Below, piece by piece: positions 51,371-61,725 of a stretch of DNA of 64,000 nucleotides; within the stretch, counting starts at the first letter, position 1; the number at the start of each line of letters is the position of its first letter. The DNA lies in the NCBI GenBank assembly GCA_963805975.1, contig CAWDVR010000003.1:64001-128000 (forward strand). Direction: 5' to 3'. The notes under the pieces were generated by a model, which was not told where the DNA came from, made no database searches, and saw only the letters and a program-made list of their open reading frames with translations. Source of the stretch: an uncultured Acidobacteriota bacterium. Its GTDB lineage: Bacteria > Acidobacteriota > Thermoanaerobaculia > Multivoradales > SZUA-115. Made by a program: the position numbers and the translations under genes.

Positions 51371-52659
51371 CGCTTCGGGGGTGGGAGGCGCGAGAGGTTC
51401 TCTCGCGCCTGGGTGTTGCCGGGATCGATCGCCAGCACCCTGTCGAGCAACGCTCGGCCGCCGGCCAGGTCCCCATGCTGCAAGAGGATCACCGCCAGGT
51501 TGTTGAGCGCCGGCACGTGCGTCGGGACCAGCTCCAGGGTGTGCTCGAAGGCGGCCTCGGCCCGCGGCAGGTCGCCGCGAATCATCGCCACCGTGGCCTG
51601 GTGGTACACGGCGTCCGGCTCCCGCGGGAAGGCTGCCGCCGCGGAGTCGGCCGCCCGCTGGGCCTCGTCCAATCGTTTCTCGGAGAGCAACAGGCTGATC
51701 TGGAGCAGCCGCGGCTCGAACAGCCCAGGCTGCGCCGCGATGTCCCTTGCGAGCTGCGCGAGGGCGTCGCCCGCTTTGCCGGCCTTGGCGAGCCCCAGGG
51801 CCTGATCGACGATCCGTCGGCCTTCCCGGGCGGCCGCCTCGGCCACCTCGGTGCGGAGCTTGCCCACGTCCACGGGCTCCGGCTGGCTCGCCTTCGCGAG
51901 CTCCCGGAAGTGGGCGAGCGCCGTCTCCGCGCCCGCCTTGTCTCCAGCGAGCCGCTGCGCCTGGGCGAGAGCCTGCCAGGCGGTGCCGTTCGCGGGCTCC
52001 ATCTCGACCACCCGGGCGAGAGCCTGAACGGCGTCGCCAGCCCGCCCGGCGGCGATGGCGATCCGGCCGTGCTCGAGGAGGATCTGTGCTGCCACTCCCG
52101 GCGGGATGGGCCTTTCGGGCGGGCCCCGGCCCAGGAGGGCGGCGACGAAAGGCGCCAGGACCTCCGTCGCCCGCTGCGCCTCGCCCTGGCGGTAGAGGGC
52201 GCGGGCGAGCGCCAGCGAGGTGGCCGCCTCGCCGGACGCGACCGGCGTGAGCCAGCGCTCGGCGTCCTCGTACCGGCCGGCGAGGAGCGCTGCCCGACCA
52301 CCTGCCCGCGCGACGGCCTTGGTGACGGCCGCGGGCGGCGCAGCGAGGAGCGGGCCGAGCGCCTCGAGCGCCTCGTTCGGATGCCGGCTCGCGAGCCACA
52401 GCTCCGCCCGCGCGAGCCGCTCCTCCGGGGTCCGCGGTGACGGCAGGTCTTTGGACGAGGTGTCTCCCGGGACCTGCGGGGCCCGGAGGGCGATCGCAAA
52501 CGGGTTGCCGGCCGCCGCGGCCGGTTCGAGAGCCCTGACCGCCGCAGCCTGGTCCCCGAGCTGGAGTTGCTCGATGGCGGGCAGGAGGGAGGGCGATGGG
52601 GCTTCAGCCGCCACCGGGAGCGTGCAGAGGAAGACGAGCGCGAAGGCCGGACCTGGCAT
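51367..52659 (-). CDS. Exported TPR protein
   Basis: Signal peptide; TPRs (ALNNLAVIL, DRVLAIDP); similar layout to 47997-49607. Confidence 0.85.
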   Translation of the reverse strand: MPGPAFALVFLCTLPVAAEAPSPSLLPAIEQLQLGDQAAAVRALEPAAAAGNPFAIALRAPQVPGDTSSKDLPSPRTPEERLARAELWLASRHPNEALEALGPLLAAPPAAVTKAVARAGGRAALLAGRYEDAERWLTPVASGEAATSLALARALYRQGEAQRATEVLAPFVAALLGRGPPERPIPPGVAAQILLEHGRIAIAAGRAGDAVQALARVVEMEPANGTAWQALAQAQRLAGDKAGAETALAHFRELAKASQPEPVDVGKLRTEVAEAAAREGRRIVDQALGLAKAGKAGDALAQLARDIAAQPGLFEPRLLQISLLLSEKRLDEAQRAADSAAAAFPREPDAVYHQATVAMIRGDLPRAEAAFEHTLELVPTHVPALNNLAVILLQHGDLAGGRALLDRVLAIDPGNTQARENLSRLPPPKR

Positions 52660-52788
52660 CGTCGTCTGATGAGGCTCGCGCTATCGCGCGTTTTTTCGAG
52701 GCGGGAGCTCGAGGGGGCACAAGGCACTCCCTCGAGCTGTTGGGGTGGGAGCGATGTGAGGAGATCGACTCGTAGCGAAAATCATTTC

Positions 52789-52804
52789 TGCAACCGGGAT
52801 GCCA
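52789..52804 (-). promoter_or_regulatory. Sigma54 -24/-12 promoter
   Basis: Minus strand TGGCATCCCGGTTGCA, GG-N10-GC. Confidence 0.75.
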
Positions 52805-52891
52805 CAGGGTTCAGGCGCCCGCCGGGCGGATTTGGCGCAGCGACCGTGGCTGGTGCAGGACGGAGCTGTGGCCGCCAGCGGACAGGAGCCG

Positions 52892-54067
52892 TCAATGAGG
52901 TACGTGGCAGAGCCAGCCCTTCAGGTATTCGCCCTCGGGATGGCGGATGTCGACCGGGTGGTCCGGGGCGGCCGCGAGCGGCGCGAGCAGAGAGGCCCGC
53001 ATACCGGCCTCATCCGCGGCGGCGAAGAGGATCTGTCGGAACAGGCGAGCATCCACCGCGCCGCTGCAGGTGAAAGTCAGGAAAAAGCCGCCCGGTGCCA
53101 CGCGGGCGAGGGCGAGGCGATTCAAATCCTTGTAGGCACGGCTGCCGCGGTCGAGGTCGCTACGCCGCGGCACCAGCGGCGGCGGATCGCAGATCACCAG
53201 GTCGTAGCGCTCGCGCCGCTGCCGCAGGTCGGCGAAGACGTCGGCCTCGACCCAGGCCAGTCGGCCGGCGTCGAGCGCGTTGACCGCGAGGTGGCGCGCC
53301 GCGACCGCCGCCAGGCGCGGCGCCGACTCGACGGCGGCCACGGCGCTGGCGCCACCCCGTAGGGCATAGGCGGCGAAGGCGCCGGTGTGAGCAAAGAGAT
53401 CGAGCACCGAGCGACCGGCCGCCAGCCGCTCGGCGAGCCGGCGGTTCTCCCGCTGGTCGCAGTAGAAGCCGGTCTTCTGCCCGCCCGCGACCTCGGCGCT
53501 GAAGGTGAGGCCGTGCTCGCTGAAAGTCGCCACTTCGCTGGGCGGCCCGGCAATCACCTCGTCGACCTCGGTCAGGCCTTCCTGGCGGCGGGCGCCCAGG
53601 CGGTTGCGCTGCAGGATGGAGGCACCGGGAAAGGCCGCACCGAGGGCGGCGTAGGCCTCGTGGCGCAGGCCCTCGAGGCCGCCGGCCGTGATCTGGCTGA
53701 CCAGCGTCTCCCCGAAGCGGTCGACGGTCCAGCCGGGGACGCCGTCGCCCTCGGCGTTGAGCACACGGTAGCCCGTGGTCTCGGGCGGCAGCACCGCCGC
53801 GCGCAGGGCCGCCGCCGCCGCCAGCCGGGTGGCGAAGAACGTACGGTCGAGATCCTCGAAGCCGCGGCCGACGAAGCGCACGGGAATGCGGGAGGAGGGC
53901 TGATAGAAACCGAGCCCCAGCTCCTCGCCGCTCGCGGTGAGCACGCGGGCGACGGGGCCCTCGCCGGGCTCGGCGCCCGCCACGGCGCCGGAGAAGATCC
54001 AGGGATGGCCGCGGCGGGCGGGTTTCTCCCGCCCGGCCTTCAATCGCACGCGCACCGGCTCGTTCAT
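52892..54067 (-). CDS. rlmI: RlmI-like 23S rRNA m5C methyltransferase
   Basis: PUA GHPWIFSG, NAEGDG, GQKTGFYCDQRENR, DPP, FTCS, HPEGEYLK. Confidence 0.85.
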   Translation of the reverse strand: MNEPVRVRLKAGREKPARRGHPWIFSGAVAGAEPGEGPVARVLTASGEELGLGFYQPSSRIPVRFVGRGFEDLDRTFFATRLAAAAALRAAVLPPETTGYRVLNAEGDGVPGWTVDRFGETLVSQITAGGLEGLRHEAYAALGAAFPGASILQRNRLGARRQEGLTEVDEVIAGPPSEVATFSEHGLTFSAEVAGGQKTGFYCDQRENRRLAERLAAGRSVLDLFAHTGAFAAYALRGGASAVAAVESAPRLAAVAARHLAVNALDAGRLAWVEADVFADLRQRRERYDLVICDPPPLVPRRSDLDRGSRAYKDLNRLALARVAPGGFFLTFTCSGAVDARLFRQILFAAADEAGMRASLLAPLAAAPDHPVDIRHPEGEYLKGWLCHVPH

Positions 54068-54092
54068 GCGGGTGCTCGGGCGCTCGATCCCT

Positions 54093-56288
54093 CTACCTGG
54101 CGACCGTGAGCTCGGCCGAGCTCGAGCCGCTCTTGCCCGTGCCCTGGTCGGTCACCGCCACCTCCAGCCGGTAGCGCCCGGGCGCCAGCCCCGAGTACTT
54201 GAGACCGACGAGCAGCGTCTCCGAGCCGGGGATGGAGCCCGGCGAGCGCTCGATCTTGCCCACTTCGAGGCCTCGCTGCGCGACACCCTCGGCGGAGAAG
54301 AGCTTGACGTCCGCGGCGAGCGGCCCCTGGCCGAGGTTGAAGGCGATGACCGGCACCTGCGTCTCGCCCTGGGACTTCCAGGCCGGCGCCGCCGAGGGCA
54401 GGTACGGCTGGTCCTTCAGCACGAACGGGAAGGGCACGTTGCGCTGCCGTTCCGGGACCTCGCGCACCATCAGCCACTTGCCGAGCGGTTCGGGGAAGGT
54501 CGGGGGAGCGAGGCTCAGCTCCCCCTTGGCGTAGTCCGGCACGGTGACCGGCACCACCTCGAGGGAGGATCTCCCGGTCTCCAGGTTGCGCACCAGCACA
54601 CGCACCGAGTACTCGCCGGGGTCGAGGTCGAGGTGGCCGTAGTACTTGAGGCCGGTCTGCTTCATCAGCTCGCCGGCCTGCTTCATGTCCACGCCCAGGG
54701 TCTGGGCGAAGAAATCGTGCACCGAGCCGGCAGCGTCGAGGGCATAGGCGTAGACCTCGAGCGGCAGCATGGCGCCCTTCGAGCCCAAGGTCAGGCTCTT
54801 GCCGTTGGCCTCGATCAGCACCGGCACGTAGGCCTTGCCTTCCGGGACACGGTAGGGCGCCGCCACCACCGCGGTCTCGAGCGCGCCGCCGGCGGCTCCG
54901 AACAGATCGTTGGCGCTGCGCAGGTTGCGTTCCAGCTTGCTCTGCTGCGTGAGCGGCGTCGGCGCGTAGTAGCCCGGGCGGTGCTGGACCTCGGCGCCCT
55001 TGGGCCCGTTCTTGAGCCGCACCTTGAGCCCGTGGTAGTTGCCGTCGCTCTTCAAGTCCTCCGGCTGCACGGCGAGGAGGTAGGTGACGCTGGTCTTCTC
55101 GAGCAGCCGCTCCATGGCCTCTGACAGGTCGTTGAAGTTGCGGTACACCTCGCCACCGGTTTCGCTCGCCATCTGTGTCAGCACGCTGACCCCCGAGGTG
55201 GTGGCCCGGACGCTGCCGCCCGCCTTCAAGCCCCCGATGTCGATCGCGTGGATGGTGCAGTTGGCGCGCCTGAAAGCCTGCAGCGCCCGCTGCAGGTCGC
55301 CCTGCACCTTGCCGCTGCCGTACATGTCGTCGCTCTGTACCCGGTACGACTCCCCGCCGGCGATGCTCTCGCTGGCGGAGGGAGAGGCGGCGTTGGCGCT
55401 GTCGATCGGCGAGTCGCCGAGACCCCGGTCGCCGCCGTTGATGGAGGCCGTGCCACCGGCGCCCACCAGCAGCTTCTCGTCGAAGCCCTCGGAGAGATAG
55501 ACCACGATCTTGCGGCCTTCCACGGCGTCGAGCACGCGGCCGAGCTCCGCCAACTGGCGGGTCATGTTGGTCACCCGGTCCTGCTGCTCGCGGCGCTCCG
55601 ACCGGCTCGTCAGGGTGTACACGTCATCGAGATAGGTGCGCACCGCCTCGGCGGTTGCTCTCTCTTGGCGGCCTCCGCCGGAGCCACCGTCGGAGCTGTT
55701 CGAGTCCAGGCTGGTGAGGACGATGCCCAACGGGTCGGCGGCGGCCATGCGGTCGTTCCGCGTCGCGCCGAGGGTCTCGAGCGCCATCTTGAGCTGGGTG
55801 CGGTCGGAGGTGAAGTTGAGGACCACGTTGAGCCCGCCCGGCGAGGCGTAGGTGACGACCGCCGCCAGATCCTGGGGCTTCAAGTCCGAGGCCACCATCT
55901 CCCGGGCCGCGTCCCGCGCCCGCAGCACGGCGCTGGGCTCGGAGAACGAGAGGTCGAAGAGCAGCAGGAAGTGGCGGCGGCTGGCGGTGGGAAGCGAGCG
56001 CGTCTGGGCGGCACCGCCCTCCGTCCCCGGGGTCGCTCCCAGGTCGATGACCTCGAAGCCGACGATCGGTTGCACCTTGCGGCCGTCCACGACCTCGAAG
56101 TTGTCGACCGTCAGGCCGCGCACGGGCTCGCCGTTCACGGTGACGTTGACCGGGACCTCGATGGCCACCACCGTCGCGGTGTCGTCAAAGCCCTTCTTCT
56201 GCCCTTCAGCGAGCGGCGCGAGAAGCAGGACGGCGGCGACGAGTGGTATCCAGGTGCCCTTCGGCTTGCGGTTCGAGCGGTGCTTCAC
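54093..56288 (-). CDS. Exported VWFA-related acidobacterial domain protein
   Basis: Signal peptide, EVPVNV...GEPVRGLT..NF, MIDAS DLSFS, GRKIVVYLSEG, ETGG, Ig-like tail. Confidence 0.88.
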   Translation of the reverse strand: MKHRSNRKPKGTWIPLVAAVLLLAPLAEGQKKGFDDTATVVAIEVPVNVTVNGEPVRGLTVDNFEVVDGRKVQPIVGFEVIDLGATPGTEGGAAQTRSLPTASRRHFLLLFDLSFSEPSAVLRARDAAREMVASDLKPQDLAAVVTYASPGGLNVVLNFTSDRTQLKMALETLGATRNDRMAAADPLGIVLTSLDSNSSDGGSGGGRQERATAEAVRTYLDDVYTLTSRSERREQQDRVTNMTRQLAELGRVLDAVEGRKIVVYLSEGFDEKLLVGAGGTASINGGDRGLGDSPIDSANAASPSASESIAGGESYRVQSDDMYGSGKVQGDLQRALQAFRRANCTIHAIDIGGLKAGGSVRATTSGVSVLTQMASETGGEVYRNFNDLSEAMERLLEKTSVTYLLAVQPEDLKSDGNYHGLKVRLKNGPKGAEVQHRPGYYAPTPLTQQSKLERNLRSANDLFGAAGGALETAVVAAPYRVPEGKAYVPVLIEANGKSLTLGSKGAMLPLEVYAYALDAAGSVHDFFAQTLGVDMKQAGELMKQTGLKYYGHLDLDPGEYSVRVLVRNLETGRSSLEVVPVTVPDYAKGELSLAPPTFPEPLGKWLMVREVPERQRNVPFPFVLKDQPYLPSAAPAWKSQGETQVPVIAFNLGQGPLAADVKLFSAEGVAQRGLEVGKIERSPGSIPGSETLLVGLKYSGLAPGRYRLEVAVTDQGTGKSGSSSAELTVAR

Positions 56289-56495
56289 GGCAGCCTCCTT
56301 CGAGTGTCCGTGGTCACTCTATCAGGGCGTTTTCCACGGCCCAGGTCAGCAGGTCAGGAAACGAGTCACCGGCAAGTGATTCATCGGAGAACCAGCAAGA
56401 GTCGAGCCAGACAGTGGCCGGCACACGACCTGGCCGCGAGCGCTCGCACCGAGCCGGCGCGCGGCAAAACGCCCTCTCCGAGCGACAGGGCGTGG

Positions 56496-58712
56496 CTAGT
56501 TGGGGACGCTGAAGGGAATCGAGTTCGACAGCGAGCGTCCGGTGGCCGGGTCGACCAGCGCCACCTTCAGCGTGTAGTGGCCCGCCGCGAGGCCCGAGGG
56601 CGCGAAGCGGGCGAGCAGCTTGTCGAGGCCGAGAATGCCGGTCGCGGTGCGCTCGACCAGCTCGAGCCGCCCGCCCGCCATGGTCTCGCCCACGGAGTTG
56701 ACCACTTCGCCGTCCAGGGTCACCGCGCCGTCGCTCAGGTTGTAGGCCACCAGGCAGAAGTTGGCGTCCTCGTCGCGGCCGATCTCCGGGCGCACGGCCG
56801 GCACGTACGGCTGGCCGTTGATGGTGAAGGGGTAGACCGTGGAGCTGCCGGCCCGGATGTCCTGCCGCTCCCGCACCAGGAGCCAGCGTCCGGGCTCCTC
56901 GAGGAAGAAGGGGGGCAGCATCACGGTCTCCTGCTGCTCGAAGGAGGGCACCGAGAGCGGCACGGCCTTGACCGCCGCTCTGCCGGAGGTGGCGTTGCGC
57001 ACCAGCACGCGTACCAGGTAGTCGCCGGGCGCCAGCTCCAGGTGGCCGTAGTACTTGAGGCCCTTGCCGGTCAGCAGCTCGCGCCCGCGGGAGATGTCGA
57101 GCTTCACCTGCTGCGTGAAGAAACCCTTCATCTCGCCCTTGCCGTCGGTGACGTAGACGTAGATCTCGACCGGCAGGGCGTTCTGGCCGTGGCCGGCCAG
57201 CAGGCTCTTGCCGTCGACCTCGACGATCACCGGCACGTACGCCCAGTCGCGGGTGGCGCGGAAGGCGGCGGCGAGCACGTCGAGCCCGAAGTCCGCGGCG
57301 GGTGCGGCGGTGGCGATCGCTTCGGAGGCCAGGAGCTCTTTCTCCAACGGATCGAGCTCGGAGAAGGGCCGTGGAGCGTAGTAGCCCTGGCGGTAGGAGA
57401 GCCGGCGGTCGTCACCCGCCCCCTTTTCCTTGAGCCTGTTCTCCTTGAGCTTGACCCGCAGGCGCCGGAACTCGCCGCTGGTCGCGAGCTCCGAGGGAGT
57501 GAAGGTCAAGAGGTAGGTCACGGAGCTGCGCTCCAGGACGCGCTCAAGCTGGGACTCGAGGTTGTTGGCGTCCTTGAAGAGCTCGCCGCCGGTCTCGTGG
57601 GCCATGTAGAACAGGCCCTCCTGACCGGAGTTGATCGGGCCGCCCTCACGCGCGCTGCCGCCCGCCCGCAAGCCACCGATGTCCACGGCCTGGATGACGC
57701 AGTCGGCGCGGCGGAACTCCTGCACCATTTCGCTCAGGCGGCTCTGCAGCTCGGTGTTGCCGTACACGTCGTCGGCATCGACGCGGTACATCTCGCCGCG
57801 TTGGATCTGGAGCTGGCGCTGGTCGCCGCTCGAGATGTCCGCGAGCGGCGTTCCCGTGAGCAGCCGGCTGTCGAAGCCCTCGGAGAAGAGGACGATCTGC
57901 TTGCGCCCGTCGATGGCGCTCATCTTGCGCGCCATCTCGCCCAGCGAGCGCGAGAAGGACGTGATCTGGCTGCGCTTGAAGCTGCGCTCGCTCTTGTCGA
58001 GCTGCTCGGCCAGGATCGCCATGTGCTCGCGCACCGCGGCGCTCCGGTCGCCCCTGATGTCAGGGTTGGTCGAGTTGACGGCCTGGCTCGAATCGTGGCC
58101 GGGCAGCCGGGTGGGCTCGATCAGGAACCGCAACGGGTCGAGCTCGGTGCTGCGGAAGAGACCCAGGCTGTCGATCGCCTGCGCCACCTGCGCGCGGTCC
58201 GGGGTGAAGGTGACCACCAGACGCGGCCCGGTCTCGAGGGAGTATGTGGCGACAGCCACGAGGTCAGTGGGGTGCATCTGCTGCAGCACGAAGTCGCGCG
58301 CGGCGACCCGCGCCTTGAGCACTGCCGAGGGATTGGAGAACGAGATGTCGAAAAGCAGCAGGAAATGACGGCGGGAAGAGGAGGGGAAGTGCCGCTCGAC
58401 GGGCGACGGCAGGCCCTCGACCGAGGCGAGATCGATGACCTCGAAATCGGTCAGCCTTTGTAGCTTGCCCTCGTCGTAGATCTCGAAGTCTTCGGCGGTC
58501 AAGCCCGGCACCGGCGTCCCGTTCTTGTCGACGACGTTGACCGGGACCTCCACGGCGACGACGCGCGCCGTTTCGTCGAAGCCCCGGCCCTTGCGCGCCG
58601 GTTGCGCAGGGGCCGAGTCTTGGGCGGCGCTGGCGGAGTGAGCCGGGGCGCCCGCGAGGGCCGCGCCCACGACTGCAATCGAAAGCATCAGGCTAGCGAT
58701 GCGATGACCCAT
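56496..58712 (-). CDS. Exported VWFA-related acidobacterial domain protein (paralogue)
   Basis: EVPVNVVDKNGTPVPGLTAEDF, MIDAS DISFS, GRKQIVLFSEG, ETGG; start 58712 or 58724. Confidence 0.88.
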   Translation of the reverse strand: MGHRIASLMLSIAVVGAALAGAPAHSASAAQDSAPAQPARKGRGFDETARVVAVEVPVNVVDKNGTPVPGLTAEDFEIYDEGKLQRLTDFEVIDLASVEGLPSPVERHFPSSSRRHFLLLFDISFSNPSAVLKARVAARDFVLQQMHPTDLVAVATYSLETGPRLVVTFTPDRAQVAQAIDSLGLFRSTELDPLRFLIEPTRLPGHDSSQAVNSTNPDIRGDRSAAVREHMAILAEQLDKSERSFKRSQITSFSRSLGEMARKMSAIDGRKQIVLFSEGFDSRLLTGTPLADISSGDQRQLQIQRGEMYRVDADDVYGNTELQSRLSEMVQEFRRADCVIQAVDIGGLRAGGSAREGGPINSGQEGLFYMAHETGGELFKDANNLESQLERVLERSSVTYLLTFTPSELATSGEFRRLRVKLKENRLKEKGAGDDRRLSYRQGYYAPRPFSELDPLEKELLASEAIATAAPAADFGLDVLAAAFRATRDWAYVPVIVEVDGKSLLAGHGQNALPVEIYVYVTDGKGEMKGFFTQQVKLDISRGRELLTGKGLKYYGHLELAPGDYLVRVLVRNATSGRAAVKAVPLSVPSFEQQETVMLPPFFLEEPGRWLLVRERQDIRAGSSTVYPFTINGQPYVPAVRPEIGRDEDANFCLVAYNLSDGAVTLDGEVVNSVGETMAGGRLELVERTATGILGLDKLLARFAPSGLAAGHYTLKVALVDPATGRSLSNSIPFSVPN

Positions 58713-58838
58713 GGCTGATTGCACAGTGTAGTCCTTCTCTCAGATGGTGACAATTGCCACGGCAGGTCGATTTGCCTGCGCTGGTAAAGTGCGCGGTGCG
58801 TTCTGCCGGCTCAAAAAATTGGAGGACGATCCATCACG

Positions 58839-60311
58839 ATGGAGAAGCACAAAAGAGCCCGCGCGCGCATCGAACGGCAGGTGACGGACCCCGTCGCGAA
58901 GCATGCCGTTCCCTCGCCGCGCGTGGCGGCGGCGCTGGTCTTTCTGTGGGCCTGCCTGGTGCACGGGGTGGCGCTCGCCGCCAACCCTCTCGCCCGCTCC
59001 CCGGTCTCGGCCTTCTTCTTCGGCGACGGCCCGATCTACCTCGAGCAGGGGCGGCGCCTGGCCGAGGGGCTGCCGCTGCTCAACTTCGGCCTGCCCTACC
59101 ATCCGCCGCTCGTGGCGTGGCTGTGCGCGCCTCTGTGGTGGATCTTCGGGGAGCCGGCCCCGGTTTTCCTGACGGCCAAAATCGCGATGATCGCGCTCTG
59201 CGCCGCCGGGTACGCGCTCTTCTACCTGCGGCTCCGTGAGCGGTTGCCGCAGGCGCTCCTCGTCTGCCTCTTCCTGCCGCTCAACTTCGGTGAGCTGGCG
59301 CTGGCCTCGACAGTGTCGAGCGAGATGGTCTACCGGGCCCTGCTCCTGGTCGTGCTGCTCCTGGGCTGGCGCCTGCCGGTGGTGGGCGGTGTCCTCCATG
59401 CTCTGGCGGCGCTGGCGCGGCCCGAGCACTTGGGGTTCGGCCTGCTCGCCGCCGCGGGCACGCTTTTCTGGGTGCCGGAGAGAAGGCGCTTCGTGGGGCT
59501 GGCAGCCGTCGGCGCCGCCTTGGTGCTCGTCCCCTACACCCTGGTCAATGCGCGCACGCTCTCGCACTACAACCGCGCCCATGCCGCCGAGCTGCGCGAG
59601 CCGTTGCCGGTTTGGGTGCCGATCTCGTTCTATGGCCCCCTCAACTTCGCACTCGCCCAGCGCGAGGAAGACATTCACTTCTCGCGCTCGACTCTGCCGC
59701 CGGCGCCCGGTGACCCGGCCGCTCTCGACCCGACGTTTCCGCCGCACAACGAGGTGATCGTCGACGGCTATCGCCTGGGATTCGCGGCCATCGCCAGCGA
59801 GCCCGGCCGTTTCCTCTCCCGGACGGCGGCCAAGCTTGGCCACTCGCTCTCGGCACTGGGCTTCGGATGGACCTGGCGCGACCTTCCCAGGGCCGGCGGC
59901 TGGGTGCGGCAGCCGGTCGACGTGGCGAGCGCCGAGAGCCCGTTCTACCTGGGCTGCTGCCTGGTGCTCACCGGCCTCGGGGCCTGGGCGCTGCGCGGGG
60001 ATCGCCGCCTGCTCGCGGCCGGGCTGGCGCTCCTCCTCTATCGACTCGGTGTCAACGCCGTCTTCTTCCCCTATCTGCGGGGGATGATGGTCATCGCGCC
60101 CCTCTACCTGGCCTTCCAGGTGGAGGGACTCGCCTGGCTGCTGCGCAAACATGCCGGGCGCGGCCTCGCGGTGATCCTCGTCCTGCTCTCGACTTACCAC
60201 TTGACGACCGTGTGGACCGGCAGCGGCGAGCTGCGGCTCTCGGGGGAGCGTTCCGCCGGCGGCACCATCCTCGACGACCGGCCGGTGGTGATCGAGCGGT
60301 CCGGCGACTGA
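58839..60311 (+). CDS. Multi-pass membrane protein, probable GT-C-fold glycosyltransferase
   Basis: About 11 TMs; D..Y after TM1, YHPPL, SE, LARPE motifs as in ArnT/PMT-like proteins. Confidence 0.6.
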   Translation: MEKHKRARARIERQVTDPVAKHAVPSPRVAAALVFLWACLVHGVALAANPLARSPVSAFFFGDGPIYLEQGRRLAEGLPLLNFGLPYHPPLVAWLCAPLWWIFGEPAPVFLTAKIAMIALCAAGYALFYLRLRERLPQALLVCLFLPLNFGELALASTVSSEMVYRALLLVVLLLGWRLPVVGGVLHALAALARPEHLGFGLLAAAGTLFWVPERRRFVGLAAVGAALVLVPYTLVNARTLSHYNRAHAAELREPLPVWVPISFYGPLNFALAQREEDIHFSRSTLPPAPGDPAALDPTFPPHNEVIVDGYRLGFAAIASEPGRFLSRTAAKLGHSLSALGFGWTWRDLPRAGGWVRQPVDVASAESPFYLGCCLVLTGLGAWALRGDRRLLAAGLALLLYRLGVNAVFFPYLRGMMVIAPLYLAFQVEGLAWLLRKHAGRGLAVILVLLSTYHLTTVWTGSGELRLSGERSAGGTILDDRPVVIERSGD

Positions 60312-60345
60312 ACGGTCCGCGAGGTGACCCTGGACCGCACCGTCC

Positions 60346-61509
60346 CTACGGCTTTGGGCCGTCTCCGCTCGCCATCAGGCCCAGCATCAGCACGTAGCGC
60401 CGCGCTTCGGGGTTGGTGGCGTCGAGCTTCAGGGCGCGCTCCAGATGGTGGCGCGCCTTCTCGACTTCACCGGTGGCGAGGTAGACCTTGACCAGACCGA
60501 GCTGCACCTCCGGCACCTCGCTGTCGCGGCGCAACGCCTCGGTCATGTACTGGAGCGCAGCGGTGTGGTCACCGCGGGAGAGCGCGACCTCGGACTGGTA
60601 GATGAAGAAGAACGGGTTGCTGTTGTTGGCGCTGTCCACCTTGGCCAGGGTGGCGGCGGCCTCGTCGGGCCGGCCGAGATCCTGGTAGGTGCGGGAGAGG
60701 TTGGAGAGCAAGGCGACGTCCTGAGGCTCGACCTCGAGCCCCGCGAGGTAGGTACCGACCGCCTTGTCCAGGTCTCCGCTGCGCGCGTAGGCGACACCCA
60801 GGTTGTTGATCGCCTTGACGAAGGTGGGCGCGATCTGGTGCGCCACCTGGAGCGTCCCCAGAGCGCGCTCGACCTCGCCGTTCATCAGCGCCTCGGCGCC
60901 GAGGTTGTTGTAGAAATGCGCCGCCGCGGTCAGGTCGTCGACAGGCTTGAAGTCCTTGTAGGCCTTGGCCCGGTAGGGCAAGAAATCGTACGTCTTGAGC
61001 TTCCCCTTGACGTACATTCCGGCGACGATGTGGCCGCGGCTGACCACCAGCCCGTCCTTGTAGTTCCACCGCTGATAGTCGGTGACCTCGACGTAGAACG
61101 GGCTCAGCCGCTGGTGCCTGGCCACGCCGACGAACAGGTTGACGAACGACAGGCAGTTACCCTGGTGGGAACGGAAGGTCTCCACCGCGTTCCGCGTGGG
61201 GTTCAGCGAATACTGGAGGTCTATGCGGTCGAAGATGAAGTCGAGCGTCTGATCGACGCGCCGCAGCTCGTTGGGCCCCGGCTTGTAGCTCGCGGCGAGG
61301 ATCCCGAGGATCTCGCCGTCGAGGGCGAACGGCACCTCGAGCGCCCGGGCCGGCTCGGGCCCCAGTCGTTTCGCGTACTCGCCGCGCAGGAATGCGACGC
61401 TGTCGAACGGCTTGTACTGGGTACAGCCGCCGATCGTGAGGAGAATGGAGGCGGCGCAGGCCAGCCGGGAAATAGCGGCGCAAAGGATTCGGGTATCTGT
61501 TCTGCCCAT
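60346..61509 (-). CDS. Lipoprotein with transglutaminase-like (Cys-His-Asp) domain and TPRs
   Basis: Lipobox IGGC; GNCLSF, GHIVAG, YDF; AHFYNNLGAE and TPRs. Confidence 0.8.
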   Translation of the reverse strand: MGRTDTRILCAAISRLACAASILLTIGGCTQYKPFDSVAFLRGEYAKRLGPEPARALEVPFALDGEILGILAASYKPGPNELRRVDQTLDFIFDRIDLQYSLNPTRNAVETFRSHQGNCLSFVNLFVGVARHQRLSPFYVEVTDYQRWNYKDGLVVSRGHIVAGMYVKGKLKTYDFLPYRAKAYKDFKPVDDLTAAAHFYNNLGAEALMNGEVERALGTLQVAHQIAPTFVKAINNLGVAYARSGDLDKAVGTYLAGLEVEPQDVALLSNLSRTYQDLGRPDEAAATLAKVDSANNSNPFFFIYQSEVALSRGDHTAALQYMTEALRRDSEVPEVQLGLVKVYLATGEVEKARHHLERALKLDATNPEARRYVLMLGLMASGDGPKP

Positions 61510-61604
61510 GAGAGAATCCGGCGTTGCAAGAATCGTACACCCGATGGCAGCCGGTGCCTGCAAGCCCGCGAGAGCCTTCGCCTGCACCCGCTCGGGGGAG
61601 GCGA

Positions 61605-61640
61605 TCCAAGTGCTTGGAGAGAGCCGTCCAAGCCCTTGGA
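61605..61640. promoter_or_regulatory. Tandem palindromic enhancer TCCAAG-N2-CTTGGA x2
   Basis: TCCAAGTGCTTGGA (61605-61618) and TCCAAGCCCTTGGA (61627-61640), 22 bp apart. Confidence 0.75.
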
Positions 61641-61725
61641 GGGAGTGCTGATTGGATTCTTGGGCTCAGCCTGTAAACCACAGAACCTAAAAGACTTGCC
61701 AGATCCTGCCAGGCCCGGTTTGCAG

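Noticed and set aside
55248-58463. Very long antisense or off-frame ORFs (also 20647-23268, 11784-13706, 49604-52399, 18522-21434, 61954-63453)
   Set aside because: Shadow ORFs of real genes caused by high GC3; low-complexity translations with no motifs
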